A DNA stretch of 64,000 nt from Pyrinomonadaceae bacterium (GTDB lineage: Bacteria; Acidobacteriota; Blastocatellia; Pyrinomonadales; Pyrinomonadaceae). The notes beneath the pieces were generated by a model, which saw only the letters and a program-made list of their open reading frames with translations, had not been told where the DNA came from and ran no database searches. The DNA is taken from contig JBKBYA010000001.1 in NCBI GenBank assembly GCA_046313635.1, positions 556,340 to 620,339 of the forward strand, in the 5' to 3' direction. The position numbers and the translations under genes were made by a program. Numbering within the stretch: the stretch's first letter is position 1; each line of letters begins with the position of its first letter. Shown one piece after another: positions 11,154 through 20,636 of the stretch.

Positions 11154-11516
11154 ATGGTAAACAAGATCAATCTTGCCGAAAAATTCGAGCTGATCAACGA
11201 ACATTGGAGCCCCAAGCTCGTCGGCGAGCTCAACGGCCAGGAGGTCAAGCTCGCCAAGTTCAAGGGCGAGTTCCCGTGGCATCATCACGAGAACGAGGAC
11301 GAGATGTTCCTCGCCGTCCGCGGCCGTTTTCGCATCGAGTTTCGCGACCGGACGGTCGAGCTCGGCCCGGGCGAGTTCGTCATCGTGCCGCGCGGCGTCG
11401 ATCACCGCCCGGTCGCCGACGAGGAGGTCGAGGTAATGCTCTTTGAACCCGCCGGCGTACGCAACACCGGGAACGTCGTCGACGACACTTATACGGCCAC
11501 CGTCGAGAGGCTGTAA
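11154..11516 (+). CDS. Cupin-domain protein
   Basis: EHWSPK, WHHHENEDEMFL, VPRGVDHRP. Confidence 0.9.
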   Translation: MVNKINLAEKFELINEHWSPKLVGELNGQEVKLAKFKGEFPWHHHENEDEMFLAVRGRFRIEFRDRTVELGPGEFVIVPRGVDHRPVADEEVEVMLFEPAGVRNTGNVVDDTYTATVERL

Positions 11517-11572
11517 CGCGGTGGTGTGAGCCGCGTCACAGATGCACGGCGTGCGCGGCCGATAATTGTGTT

Positions 11573-13273
11573 ATGCACTCCGACCTGCAGATCGCACAAC
11601 ACGCTACGCTTCGGCCGATCCACGAGATCGCGGAGCAGATGGGCCTCTCGGCCGACGACCTCGACATCTACGGCAGCCCGCATATCGCAAAGCTCCGGCT
11701 CGTCGTCCTCGAGAAGATCAAAGATCGGCCAAACGCAAAATATATCGACATCTCGGCGATCACGCCGACGCCGCTCGGCGAGGGAAAATCGACCACGCTC
11801 ATCGGCCTCGGCCAGGCGATGAAGCATCTCGGCAAGCGGTCGGTGATCACGCTGCGGCAGCCTTCGCAGGGGCCGACCTTCGGCATCAAGGGCGGCGCGG
11901 CCGGCGGCGGCTATGCGCAGGTCGTGCCGATGGAGACCTTTAATCTCAACCTCACAGGCGACATACACGCCGTCACCGCGGCCAACAATCTGCTCGCCGC
12001 GATGATCGACAACCGGCTCCTGCGCGGCAACCCGCTCAATATCAATCCGCACAGCATCACCTGGAAGCGCGTCGTCGACACCAACGACCGCGCGCTGCGC
12101 AAGATCATCATCGGGCTCGGCGGTCGTATGGAAGGCGGCATCCCGCGAGAGACCGGTTTTGATATCACGGTCGCGTCCGAGGTGATGGCGATACTTGCGC
12201 TGACGACCTCGCTGCAGGATATGCGCAAGCGTTTTGGCCGCATCGTCGTCGCGCTCACGCACGACAAAAAGCCCGTCACCGCAGAGGAGATCGGCGCGGC
12301 CGGCGCGATGACCGTGCTGATGCGCGACGCGATCAGACCGACGCTGATGCAGACGCTCGAGAATACGCCCGCGATCGTACACGCCGGCCCGTTCGCCAAC
12401 GTCGCGCACGGCAACAGCAGCATCCTCGCCGATCTGATCGGCATCAAGACGGCGGATTATCTGATGACCGAGTCGGGCTTTGGCGCCGACATCGGCGCGG
12501 AGAAGTTCTTTAACATCAAATGCCGCTACAGCGGCCTCAAGCCTGACGCGTGCGTCATCGTCGCGACCATACGCGCGCTCAAGTCTCACAGCGGCAAATA
12601 CAAGATCGTCGCCGGCAAGGCGCTCCCGCCCGAGCTGCTCGAGTGCAGCGTCGCGGATGTCGAGGCCGGCGCCGCAAACCTGCGCAAGCAGATCGAGAAC
12701 GTCCGGCTCCACGGCGTCACGCCGGTCGTCGCGATCAACGCATTCGAGACCGATCATCCGGAGGAGATCGAGGCCGTCAGGCGCATCGCGATCGAGTCGG
12801 GAGCGCTCGGCGCGGCGGTAACGACGCACTGGGCCGACGGCGGACGCGGCGCGATCGAGCTGGCCGAGATGGTAATGGACGCTGCCGAACGGCCGGGCGA
12901 GTTTCACTATCTCTACGACCTCGATCAGCCGATCAAGACAAAGATCGAGACCATCGCCAAAAAGATCTACGGCGCCGCCGACGTGAGCTACGAGCCGTTT
13001 GCTGATCAGCAGATCCGCGACTACGAGGCGAACGGCTTCGGCGGCCTGCCCATCTGCATGGCAAAGACGCATCTCAGCCTCAGTCACGACCCGGCGCTGA
13101 AAGGAGCGCCGACCGGATTTACTTTGCCCGTGCGTGAGGTGCGGGCGAGCGTCGGAGCCGGATTCATCTACCCGATCTGCGGCGATATGCGGACGATGCC
13201 TGCCTTGCCTGAGCACCCCGCGGCTGAGAGAATAGACATCGACGAGAACGGCAATATCGTCGGTCTATTCTAA
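11573..13273 (+). CDS. fhs: Formate--tetrahydrofolate ligase
   Basis: TPTPLGEGKSTT, GIKGGAAGGGYAQV, VASEVMAIL, HAGPFANVAHG, CMAKTHLS. Confidence 0.97.
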   Translation: MHSDLQIAQHATLRPIHEIAEQMGLSADDLDIYGSPHIAKLRLVVLEKIKDRPNAKYIDISAITPTPLGEGKSTTLIGLGQAMKHLGKRSVITLRQPSQGPTFGIKGGAAGGGYAQVVPMETFNLNLTGDIHAVTAANNLLAAMIDNRLLRGNPLNINPHSITWKRVVDTNDRALRKIIIGLGGRMEGGIPRETGFDITVASEVMAILALTTSLQDMRKRFGRIVVALTHDKKPVTAEEIGAAGAMTVLMRDAIRPTLMQTLENTPAIVHAGPFANVAHGNSSILADLIGIKTADYLMTESGFGADIGAEKFFNIKCRYSGLKPDACVIVATIRALKSHSGKYKIVAGKALPPELLECSVADVEAGAANLRKQIENVRLHGVTPVVAINAFETDHPEEIEAVRRIAIESGALGAAVTTHWADGGRGAIELAEMVMDAAERPGEFHYLYDLDQPIKTKIETIAKKIYGAADVSYEPFADQQIRDYEANGFGGLPICMAKTHLSLSHDPALKGAPTGFTLPVREVRASVGAGFIYPICGDMRTMPALPEHPAAERIDIDENGNIVGLF

Positions 13274-13275
13274 AG

Positions 13276-13725
13276 ATGTCTGAGGTCAACGATCTTTACC
13301 AGGAAGTGATCCTGGAGCACAACAAGAACCCGCGCAACTTCCGCGACATTCCCGACGCGGACCGCAAGGCCCTCGGCAACAACCCGCTGTGCGGCGACGC
13401 GCTTCAGGTCTATGTCTCGCTCGACGGCGACACGATCGCGGACGTCGCTTTCAAAGGCTCGGGCTGCGCGATCTCAAAGGCTTCGGCGTCGATGATGACA
13501 CAGGCCGTCAAGGGCAGAACGCGCGACGAGGCCGAGACGCTTTTTGACGAATTTCACCGAATGGTCCTCGGCCAGCTCGACGAGGAGGCCGAGGAGAATC
13601 ATCTCGGCCGGCTGCGCATCTTTGCCGGCGTACGCGAGTTCCCGGCACGCGTCAAATGCGCGAGTCTGAGCTGGCACACACTGCAGGCCGCACTCAAGGG
13701 CGAAGGCGAGATCTCGACCGAGTAG
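13276..13725 (+). CDS. sufU: SUF system sulfur-transfer protein SufU
   Basis: LYQEVILEH, NPLCGD, GCAISKASAS, RVKCA. Confidence 0.95.
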   Translation: MSEVNDLYQEVILEHNKNPRNFRDIPDADRKALGNNPLCGDALQVYVSLDGDTIADVAFKGSGCAISKASASMMTQAVKGRTRDEAETLFDEFHRMVLGQLDEEAEENHLGRLRIFAGVREFPARVKCASLSWHTLQAALKGEGEISTE

Positions 13726-13776
13726 AACGTCCGCAGAGCCCGACAACACAAGCAATTTCAAACCGCTTCGGCCGGA

Positions 13777-14355
13777 ATGCCGAGACCGCCGATGCTGACG
13801 ACGCACCGTAAGCAGATCGCCGCGACCACGCTGATCATTATCGGCGCGGCCGCGGCTCTCGCGTTTCAGGGCCGTGTGTGGTGGTGCCAGGTCGGCGACC
13901 TGCGGCCGTGGTCGTGGGAGGTCTGGTCGGCGCACAATTCGCAGCACGTCGTCGACCCGTACTCGTTCACTCACGTGCTGCACGGGATGCTCGAGTTTTG
14001 GCTGATCGGGCTCGTCTTTTGGAAGCTGCCGCCGGCGTGGCGGTTCGTCATCGCGATCTTTATCGAGAGCTCTTGGGAGGTGATCGAGAATACCGAGTAC
14101 GTCATCAACCGCTATCGCGAAGCGACCGTTTCGCTCGACTACTTTGGCGACACGATCGTAAACTCGCTGGCCGACGTGGTGTGCTGTGGAGTCGGATTTT
14201 GGGTCTCTTACAAGCTGAGATTCGTTTGGGCGGCGGCGATCTTTCTGTTAACCGAGACGGTGCTGCTCTTCTGGATCCGCGACAGCCTGCTGCTGAACAT
14301 CCTGATGCTCCTCCGGCCGATCGAGGCGGTGAAACGATGGCAGCTGGGCGCCTGA
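13777..14355 (+). CDS. DUF2585-like membrane protein
   Basis: HNSQHVVDPYSFTHVLHG, WEVIEN..VINRYR, YFGD..NS. Confidence 0.8.
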   Translation: MPRPPMLTTHRKQIAATTLIIIGAAAALAFQGRVWWCQVGDLRPWSWEVWSAHNSQHVVDPYSFTHVLHGMLEFWLIGLVFWKLPPAWRFVIAIFIESSWEVIENTEYVINRYREATVSLDYFGDTIVNSLADVVCCGVGFWVSYKLRFVWAAAIFLLTETVLLFWIRDSLLLNILMLLRPIEAVKRWQLGA

Positions 14356-14443
14356 AACCTCGCCCAATACAGGCCCCACATTCCACGCGAAATGGTTCGG
14401 ATCAGATGACGGAAGATTTTTGCAGCGGCCCCGGTCGCTGCTC

Positions 14444-15235
14444 CTAACGCTCGCCGCGGGCGGCCTCGACGGCTGTTTCGATATCGACGGCGAGCTTGCG
14501 TGAGGTCGGCTGGTCAAACGACTCGATCCAGCGGAGCGATTCGTCGAGTATGCGGAGCTGGTACTCGGGCCAGTTCGGCTTGCCCGCGACCGAGCCGAAC
14601 TCTCCGCTGTAATACGCGACGCGCGGCGGCCGCACCCGGTCGGTCACGGACGTATCGACCGAGAGCATCATTGTCGGAATGCCTGCAAGTTCGACAGCGC
14701 GGGCGATGATGCCGAGCGTCTGGTGGCAGAGCCGCGACGCCGGTACGAGGAGCGCGGCCTGGACGTTGTAACGCTGCAGCCGCTCGACGATGCGCGGGGC
14801 GATCTCTGTAACGACGAGCCGCGCGTTCGGGATCCATGGGCTCAAGCTCCACCACACATCGTTGAGATTGCCGATCACGGCGCTCGAGCGGTACTCGATT
14901 AGGCGGTCGATCGGGACGAGCGAATTGCGGTCCTCGAGCACCGCGGACGGGTCGTAGCCCTTCGCGGCGTATTTGATGTTCTCCGCCTCGACGACGATCG
15001 GGATCTCGCGAAGATCGGCGTCGCCGTCCTTCGATTCGAGATCGAAAGGCTCCGTTCCGTCGATGTACCCGCCGGCCGAGGAGATGAGTGCGAGATTCAG
15101 CAGCGGCAGAGCGCGCTTGAGCGGCGTGAACGGCGAATGAATGTTTGAAACGAAAGGATAATTGCGCAGTTCGGTATTGGCCTTCCACGACTGGAAGCGT
15201 CCCGAAAACTCGCCAAGATTCTCAACCAGCTTCAT
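14444..15235 (-). CDS. Glycine/sarcosine/betaine reductase component B (GrdB/PrdB)-like protein
   Basis: LALISSAG, D-x-N-x-x-x-PIDRL, LLVPASRLCHQT, E-x-x-GIPT, VRPPR. Confidence 0.75.
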   Translation of the reverse strand: MKLVENLGEFSGRFQSWKANTELRNYPFVSNIHSPFTPLKRALPLLNLALISSAGGYIDGTEPFDLESKDGDADLREIPIVVEAENIKYAAKGYDPSAVLEDRNSLVPIDRLIEYRSSAVIGNLNDVWWSLSPWIPNARLVVTEIAPRIVERLQRYNVQAALLVPASRLCHQTLGIIARAVELAGIPTMMLSVDTSVTDRVRPPRVAYYSGEFGSVAGKPNWPEYQLRILDESLRWIESFDQPTSRKLAVDIETAVEAARGER

Positions 15236-15239
15236 AAGA

Positions 15240-15767
15240 TCAGATCTTGAACTTTTTATTGAAATCGAGGTCCGCGGGCCCGACCCTGTTCGCGGCGGCC
15301 GCGCGCCGGTTCGCGATCAGGAAGAATGCGATCAGTCCCGCCGCCATCGCCGTCGTCATCGTCCATGTCGACCATTGATGAAGGTCGTTGAACTGCAGCC
15401 GCAAAGGGTCGTCGGCCGGCACCTCGTCGATCGGCCTGCCCATCTGCGTCCGGAGCAAAAGCATCCACCACGCGATCACGAACTGCGCGACGGCGCACGC
15501 GACGGCGATCAGGATGAGCAGCGCGCGTTCGACCCACAGCATGAACTTGTTAGTCCCGGCCGCGACGGCGATCGACGTCACGATCAGTATCACCGCGACG
15601 CCGAGCCCGCTGTAATTCAAGATCGCGAGCGTCCTCGATACCAGCGACCCGGCCATCTCGCGCGAGGGCAGCACCGCAAAGGCGCTCTGCGCCACCGCGA
15701 TAAAAAAGACCGCGGCCCCGAGCCAGAGCCCGAGCAGCAGGAGGCGTAGGTCCGAAAGGAATTTCAT
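15240..15767 (-). CDS. DUF4149-like membrane protein
   Basis: LWLG..F, AF..LPSRE.AG, FN.LH; four TM segments. Confidence 0.75.
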   Translation of the reverse strand: MKFLSDLRLLLLGLWLGAAVFFIAVAQSAFAVLPSREMAGSLVSRTLAILNYSGLGVAVILIVTSIAVAAGTNKFMLWVERALLILIAVACAVAQFVIAWWMLLLRTQMGRPIDEVPADDPLRLQFNDLHQWSTWTMTTAMAAGLIAFFLIANRRAAAANRVGPADLDFNKKFKI

Positions 15768-16009
15768 ATCGGCACGGGCGGCAAAAGCAAGTCGTTATTA
15801 TCGCGTGTTTCCGGCCCGAGGGCAAAATCCGCCCCGCATTGCGATGCGACGCGGCGGCGCGGCCGCAAAAACCTTGCCCTGCGGCGGAGCTGTACGCTGT
15901 AATGAAGAGATCGGGTGACTGCAGATTTTCGGGCCATCGCCGCATGGGCGCGGCCTCGGTCGTCGAAAGCCGGCAGCCTCGGGAAACACAACGAGAAAGG
16001 GAGGTCAAT

Positions 16010-16486
16010 ATGGACTCAGTCGAAAAAACCATCGTCGTGGACGTGCCCGTGAGCACGGCCTACAACCAGTGGACCCAGTTTGAGGAATTCCCGCGTTTTA
16101 TGGAGGGCGTCGAATCGGTCCGGCAAGAGGGCGACACGCACTTGTACTGGCGGGCAAACATCGGCGGCAAGAACGTCGAGTGGGAGGCCGACATCATCGA
16201 GCAGACGCCCGACGAGCGCGTCTCGTGGCGCAGCACGACCGGAGCTTACAACGCAGGCGTCGTACGCTTTGCGCCGGCCGAGAATGGCGGCACGGCGGTG
16301 ACGCTCCGGATGGAGTACGAGCCGGAGGGATTTTTTGAGAATGTCGGCAGCGCGCTCGGTCTGGTCGATCGCCGGGTCGAGGGCGACCTCGAGCGATTCA
16401 AGGAGTTCATCGAATCGCGGGGCAGCGAGACCGGCGCATGGCGCGGCGAGGTGCACGGCGGTGCAAAGGCGCAGGGCGGAGCGTAG
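16010..16486 (+). CDS. SRPBCC/cyclase-dehydrase family protein
   Basis: AYNQWTQFEEFPRFMEGV, GDLERFKEFIE, ETGAWRGEV; GGGAGG RBS. Confidence 0.9.
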   Translation: MDSVEKTIVVDVPVSTAYNQWTQFEEFPRFMEGVESVRQEGDTHLYWRANIGGKNVEWEADIIEQTPDERVSWRSTTGAYNAGVVRFAPAENGGTAVTLRMEYEPEGFFENVGSALGLVDRRVEGDLERFKEFIESRGSETGAWRGEVHGGAKAQGGA

Positions 16487-16507
16487 AGCGTCACCGCAAT
16501 TCAAATA

Positions 16508-16535
16508 AAGAGGCTGCCTGAGAAGGCAGCCTCTT
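16508..16535. terminator. Bidirectional intrinsic terminator
   Basis: aagaggctgcct-gaga-aggcagcctctt between convergent genes. Confidence 0.75.
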
Positions 16536-16596
16536 ATTCATTTGGCCGGTCGATCTAGCCAAAACTCTCGCGCGGCGACGCCGCAAGAAGGTGAGC

Positions 16597-16998
16597 TCAT
16601 TCGCCTTCGTTTGCGAGCCAGCCAAAGTAACCGGCCACGATCGCCGAGAGCGCGTGGAGCCAGATGTCGTGACCGTAGATCGGCGCCAGACCAAAGAGCG
16701 TGTTGGTCGCGGGGATCAGGCCGAGCACCGCCAGCAGACCGTAGATCACGGCCAGCGCACGGCCGTACATTCGCGCCCCGCCCACGCTTCGCGAGGCGAC
16801 GATGCCCCACGCTCCGATCGCGAGGTGCACGATGTTGTGCATCACGTTGACCGGGAAAATGCCGAGAAGGTTGCCGTGAAACGAATCGATGGCCTGGTGC
16901 GGCATCCCGCCGTGCATCTGGTTGAGCCCGGGGACGAATCCGAGAACTCCGACCAGCACGTAGATGATTCCGAAAACCAGCGCAAATGTTCTGATCAT
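16597..16998 (-). CDS. DUF4383-like membrane protein
   Basis: LLGIFPVN..HNIVHL..G, D.WLH. Confidence 0.75.
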   Translation of the reverse strand: MIRTFALVFGIIYVLVGVLGFVPGLNQMHGGMPHQAIDSFHGNLLGIFPVNVMHNIVHLAIGAWGIVASRSVGGARMYGRALAVIYGLLAVLGLIPATNTLFGLAPIYGHDIWLHALSAIVAGYFGWLANEGE

Positions 16999-17095
16999 CG
17001 AGATAGCCTCCGTTTGTCTAGGTTGGATAGAGCGCGTGAATTGTATCAGCAATCGCCCGGCGGGCGTACAGGAAATTTGGCTCGAGCAGAGCGCG

Positions 17096-17860
17096 TCAGC
17101 GGCCGAGCAGCTGCCGCGCCGCGTGCCAGACGAAGCGGGGATTGAGGATCAGATAACGCCGCCACAGACGCCGCGGCTCCTGCGTTAGGCGAAAGAGCCA
17201 TTCGAGCCCGAGCCGGCCGAGCCACTCGGGCGACTCTTTGACGTTGCCGGCGTAAAAGTCGAATGACGCTCCGACACCGAGCATCACCGCGCGCAGACGG
17301 TCGCGATGCTCGGCCATCCAATTCTCCTGCTTTGGGCAGCCGAGGCCCATAAACAGAAAGTCCGGATCGGCCGCGTTGATCTCCTCGACGATGCGGCGAT
17401 CCTCGTCGGCGGTCAGCGGGCGGAAGGGCGGCGAGTACGCGTACACGACCTCGAGATCGGGCAGCTCGGCAGCCGCGCGCCGGCAGATCGCGTCGATCAC
17501 ATCCTGACGGCCGCCGTAGAAACCGACCTTCATCCCGTTCCTGGCGGCGTACTCCATCAGCCGCATCATCAGGTCGTTTGCCCGCACGCGCGACGCGTCG
17601 CGCCGGCCCTGCAGCTTTTGCATCCAGACGAGCGGCATGCCGTCGGGGACGACGAGATCAGCGCCGTTGACGCGTGCCCCGAACTCGGCCGAATCGAACG
17701 ACTCCATCACCATATGCACCGTCGAAAAGCAGACGTACCCGCCGCGCCCCGAACGCGCGAGCCCGGCCAGCGCCGCGACCGTTCGGTCGATATCCGTCAC
17801 GCACACGTCGAGACTGACGACACGCTCGCGCTCGACGGGCGTGATCGCGAGATCGCTCAT
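17096..17860 (-). CDS. WecB/TagA/CpsF-family glycosyltransferase (GT26)
   Basis: DLVVPDGMP, GLGCPKQE, GVGASFDF, GLEWLFRL.QEPRRL. Confidence 0.93.
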   Translation of the reverse strand: MSDLAITPVERERVVSLDVCVTDIDRTVAALAGLARSGRGGYVCFSTVHMVMESFDSAEFGARVNGADLVVPDGMPLVWMQKLQGRRDASRVRANDLMMRLMEYAARNGMKVGFYGGRQDVIDAICRRAAAELPDLEVVYAYSPPFRPLTADEDRRIVEEINAADPDFLFMGLGCPKQENWMAEHRDRLRAVMLGVGASFDFYAGNVKESPEWLGRLGLEWLFRLTQEPRRLWRRYLILNPRFVWHAARQLLGR

Positions 17861-17861
17861 T

Positions 17862-18941
17862 TCAGTTTTTTCCGATCGCTTCTCGATAGATGTTCTCCAA
17901 CTCCGTTAGATAAGGGCCGATCGAGAAACGCCTCTCGACGGTCGCGCGTGCGGCCGAGCCGACGGCTTCCCAACGATCTCGCGTTCCGATCACCCGCCTC
18001 AGCGTGTCGACAAGCTGCAGCGTGTCGCCGGGCCTCACCAAAAAGCCGTTGACGCCGTCGTCGATCACCGTGCCGACGCTGGCCATCTCGGAGACGACGA
18101 CGACGAGTGCCGTCGCCATCGCCTCGAGCATCGCCATCGGCAGGCCTTCGCCGTACAGCGACGGCAGGACAAAGATGTCGGCCTCGGCCAGCACGCGCCA
18201 TTTATCGCCGCCCACGGCCACGCCGCCGTACAGGAACCTGGGGCCGAGCAACGCGGTCATTTCGTCGACGAACCATTCCCGCAGGTGGCCTTCGCCGTAG
18301 GCGCGAAATTCAAAGTCGATGCCGCGATTCGCGAGCTCGCGGGCCGCGGCGACGAGCTCGCGCAGTCCCTTTGACTCGTGCATCCGGCCGAGAAAGACGA
18401 TGACCGGGCGTTCGCCCACCGGACGTGCGGCCCGCGTCCGATGGGGGAGTGCGACGGCATTCGGCAGTACGCGGAGCTTGAGTTCGGGCCAGCGTTCGGC
18501 AAGCAGCGAACGCTCGTTCTCGCTCAGTACGATCACGCTCGCGGCTGACCGCAGGAGCGCCGACGCCGCCGTGCGGGTGAGCGGGTCGCGTATTTCTTCG
18601 ACAAGATACCTGCCGCCATGGATCGACAGTACGATCCGCCGGCCCGCGAGCCGCGCAGCCGCCGCAAGTGCCGCGTCGCGCCAGATCGCAAGCCCTGTCA
18701 GCGCGGTGTTGATGTGGACTAGCTCAACCGAGCGATCGACCGCCCGTCGAAAAAAGCTTATCGGCAGCGCGGCCTGGCGCAGCAGCCACGCGGCACGTTT
18801 CGATTCGCCGTCGGCGCGGCCGACCATGAAATGATCGTATCGACCGGCCGGGCCGCATTCGATCATCTGCCGGACGACGGTCGATATGCCGCTTACGTTG
18901 CGGGTCTCGTCGAGGCTCGGCGCGGTGATCAGGATGGGCAT
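17862..18941 (-). CDS. GT4 glycosyltransferase
   Basis: FLGRM..SKG, DIFVLPS..EGLPMAMLEAMA; true start likely MPILIT at 18941. Confidence 0.88.
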   Translation of the reverse strand: MPILITAPSLDETRNVSGISTVVRQMIECGPAGRYDHFMVGRADGESKRAAWLLRQAALPISFFRRAVDRSVELVHINTALTGLAIWRDAALAAAARLAGRRIVLSIHGGRYLVEEIRDPLTRTAASALLRSAASVIVLSENERSLLAERWPELKLRVLPNAVALPHRTRAARPVGERPVIVFLGRMHESKGLRELVAAARELANRGIDFEFRAYGEGHLREWFVDEMTALLGPRFLYGGVAVGGDKWRVLAEADIFVLPSLYGEGLPMAMLEAMATALVVVVSEMASVGTVIDDGVNGFLVRPGDTLQLVDTLRRVIGTRDRWEAVGSAARATVERRFSIGPYLTELENIYREAIGKN

Positions 18942-19079
18942 TCGGCTAAGACAATCGATTACAGGATACGCCCGTAGCGATGTCAAACCGCCCCGGCCCG
19001 CCGCGCTGCCGCAGGCGTCGGCCGGTGTTAGAATCCTCGCCGAGTCGGCCGTCGATGCGTCGAGGACGGCCGCGAATGT

Positions 19080-20636
19080 ATGATTAGAACGCAGGTGAAA
19101 GTAGAGACGAGACAACAGACCGAAGCGCCGCGGATAAGTCGCGAACCCGAGCGTGTGCCGCGCTGGGTCTTGCCGGCGGTGACGCTCGCGGTGTTTGCGA
19201 TCGACATCGCGATCGCCGGGCTTTGCTTTGTCGCCGCATTCAAATTGCGGACGGGCGGCGCCGTGCTCTCGTCGACGGCGTGGGCCTGGTCGCGCGAGTT
19301 CGTGCCATACGCGGGTCTGCTGCTTTTTGCGATGCCCGTGCGGGCGGCGTTGCTCGTCTATCAGCGCGTCTATCGCTTTCAGGGCGAGTTTTCGTACACG
19401 CGCGAGCTGGCCAAGGTGTTCAAGGCTGTGCTGGTCGGTTCGCTGCTTTTGATCGCGTGGGCTTTTCTTTTCAGGGGCGGATTCGCGTTCCGCGAATTCT
19501 CTTACTCGCGCGGCGTTTTTATTCTCGATTTCGTTTTTGCGCTGGCCGCGTATTCGCTGTTTCACGCTCTGCTCCGTCTGGCTCAGACATGGGTGCGGCG
19601 GCGCGACGTCAACCTGATCCCGACGCTCGTCGTCGGCGGCAACAGCGAGGCCGAGCAGACGATACGGCAGCTGCGCGAGCGGCCCGACCTCGGCTACCGC
19701 GTCGTCGGCGTAGTGATGACCGGCAGGCCGCAGCCCGAAGCCTCGTTCGCCGGCGTGCCGGTCGCGGGCCCGATCGACGATCTCGCGAGGCTGATCGCCG
19801 AGCTTCAGATCCAAGAGGTCATCATTACGGACGACAGCATCGACAAGGAGCGGCTCTTTGAGGCGATGATGCGGCTCGGCCGCTCGCAGCGTGTCGAGTT
19901 CAGGTTTGCGCCGAGCCTCTTTAACGTGCTGCCGCAAAAGACGAGCGTCGAGCAGCTCGGCGTGCTGCCGATGGTGAGACTCTTTCGCGAGCCGCTGTCG
20001 GACGCAGAGAGGTTTCTCAAACGCGCGTCCGACATCGCGATCGCGGCGCTCGCGATGCTCGTCACGCTGCCGGTCTGGCTCGCGGCCGCGCTCTGGATAA
20101 AGCTCGACTCGCGAGGGCCGGTACTCTTTAAACAGGAGCGCGTCGGAATGGACGGGCGGATATTCCTCTGCTACAAGTTCAGGACGATGCACGCCGGAGC
20201 CGACGAGAGCATACACCGCGACACGTACCGCAAGAATATCGCCGGCATCCCGCACGCGGATGCCGACGGCGACGAACCGCTGTTTGGAAAGATACCGAAC
20301 GACCCGCGCATCACGCGCGCGGGCCGATGGCTGCGCCGGTCGAGCATCGACGAGCTGCCGCAGCTGTTGAACGTGCTTCGCGGTGATATGAGCATCGTCG
20401 GCCCGCGCCCGCCCATCCCGTACGAGGTCGAGGACTACGACATCGGCCATCGCAAACGGCTCGAAATGAAGCCCGGCATCACAGGCCTGTGGCAGGTCTC
20501 GGGCCGCAGCCGTTTGAGCTTTGAAGAGATGGTCCGCGTCGATCTCTACTACATCGAGAACTGGTCGATCTGGCTCGACCTCAAGATAGTTCTGCTGACA
20601 CTGCCCGCCATTCTTCGCGGCGAAGGAGCGAGGTGA
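19080..20636 (+). CDS. Polyprenyl-phosphate sugar phosphotransferase (WcaJ/WbaP-like priming glycosyltransferase)
   Basis: N-terminal TMs; KFRTM, DPRIT, DELPQL.NV, VGPRP, KPGITGLWQVSGRS. Confidence 0.93.
   Translation: MIRTQVKVETRQQTEAPRISREPERVPRWVLPAVTLAVFAIDIAIAGLCFVAAFKLRTGGAVLSSTAWAWSREFVPYAGLLLFAMPVRAALLVYQRVYRFQGEFSYTRELAKVFKAVLVGSLLLIAWAFLFRGGFAFREFSYSRGVFILDFVFALAAYSLFHALLRLAQTWVRRRDVNLIPTLVVGGNSEAEQTIRQLRERPDLGYRVVGVVMTGRPQPEASFAGVPVAGPIDDLARLIAELQIQEVIITDDSIDKERLFEAMMRLGRSQRVEFRFAPSLFNVLPQKTSVEQLGVLPMVRLFREPLSDAERFLKRASDIAIAALAMLVTLPVWLAAALWIKLDSRGPVLFKQERVGMDGRIFLCYKFRTMHAGADESIHRDTYRKNIAGIPHADADGDEPLFGKIPNDPRITRAGRWLRRSSIDELPQLLNVLRGDMSIVGPRPPIPYEVEDYDIGHRKRLEMKPGITGLWQVSGRSRLSFEEMVRVDLYYIENWSIWLDLKIVLLTLPAILRGEGAR

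Noticed and set aside
14444..15235. Selenoprotein with UGA read-through
   Set aside because: The frame has no internal TGA; the relevant codon is TCG (Ser).
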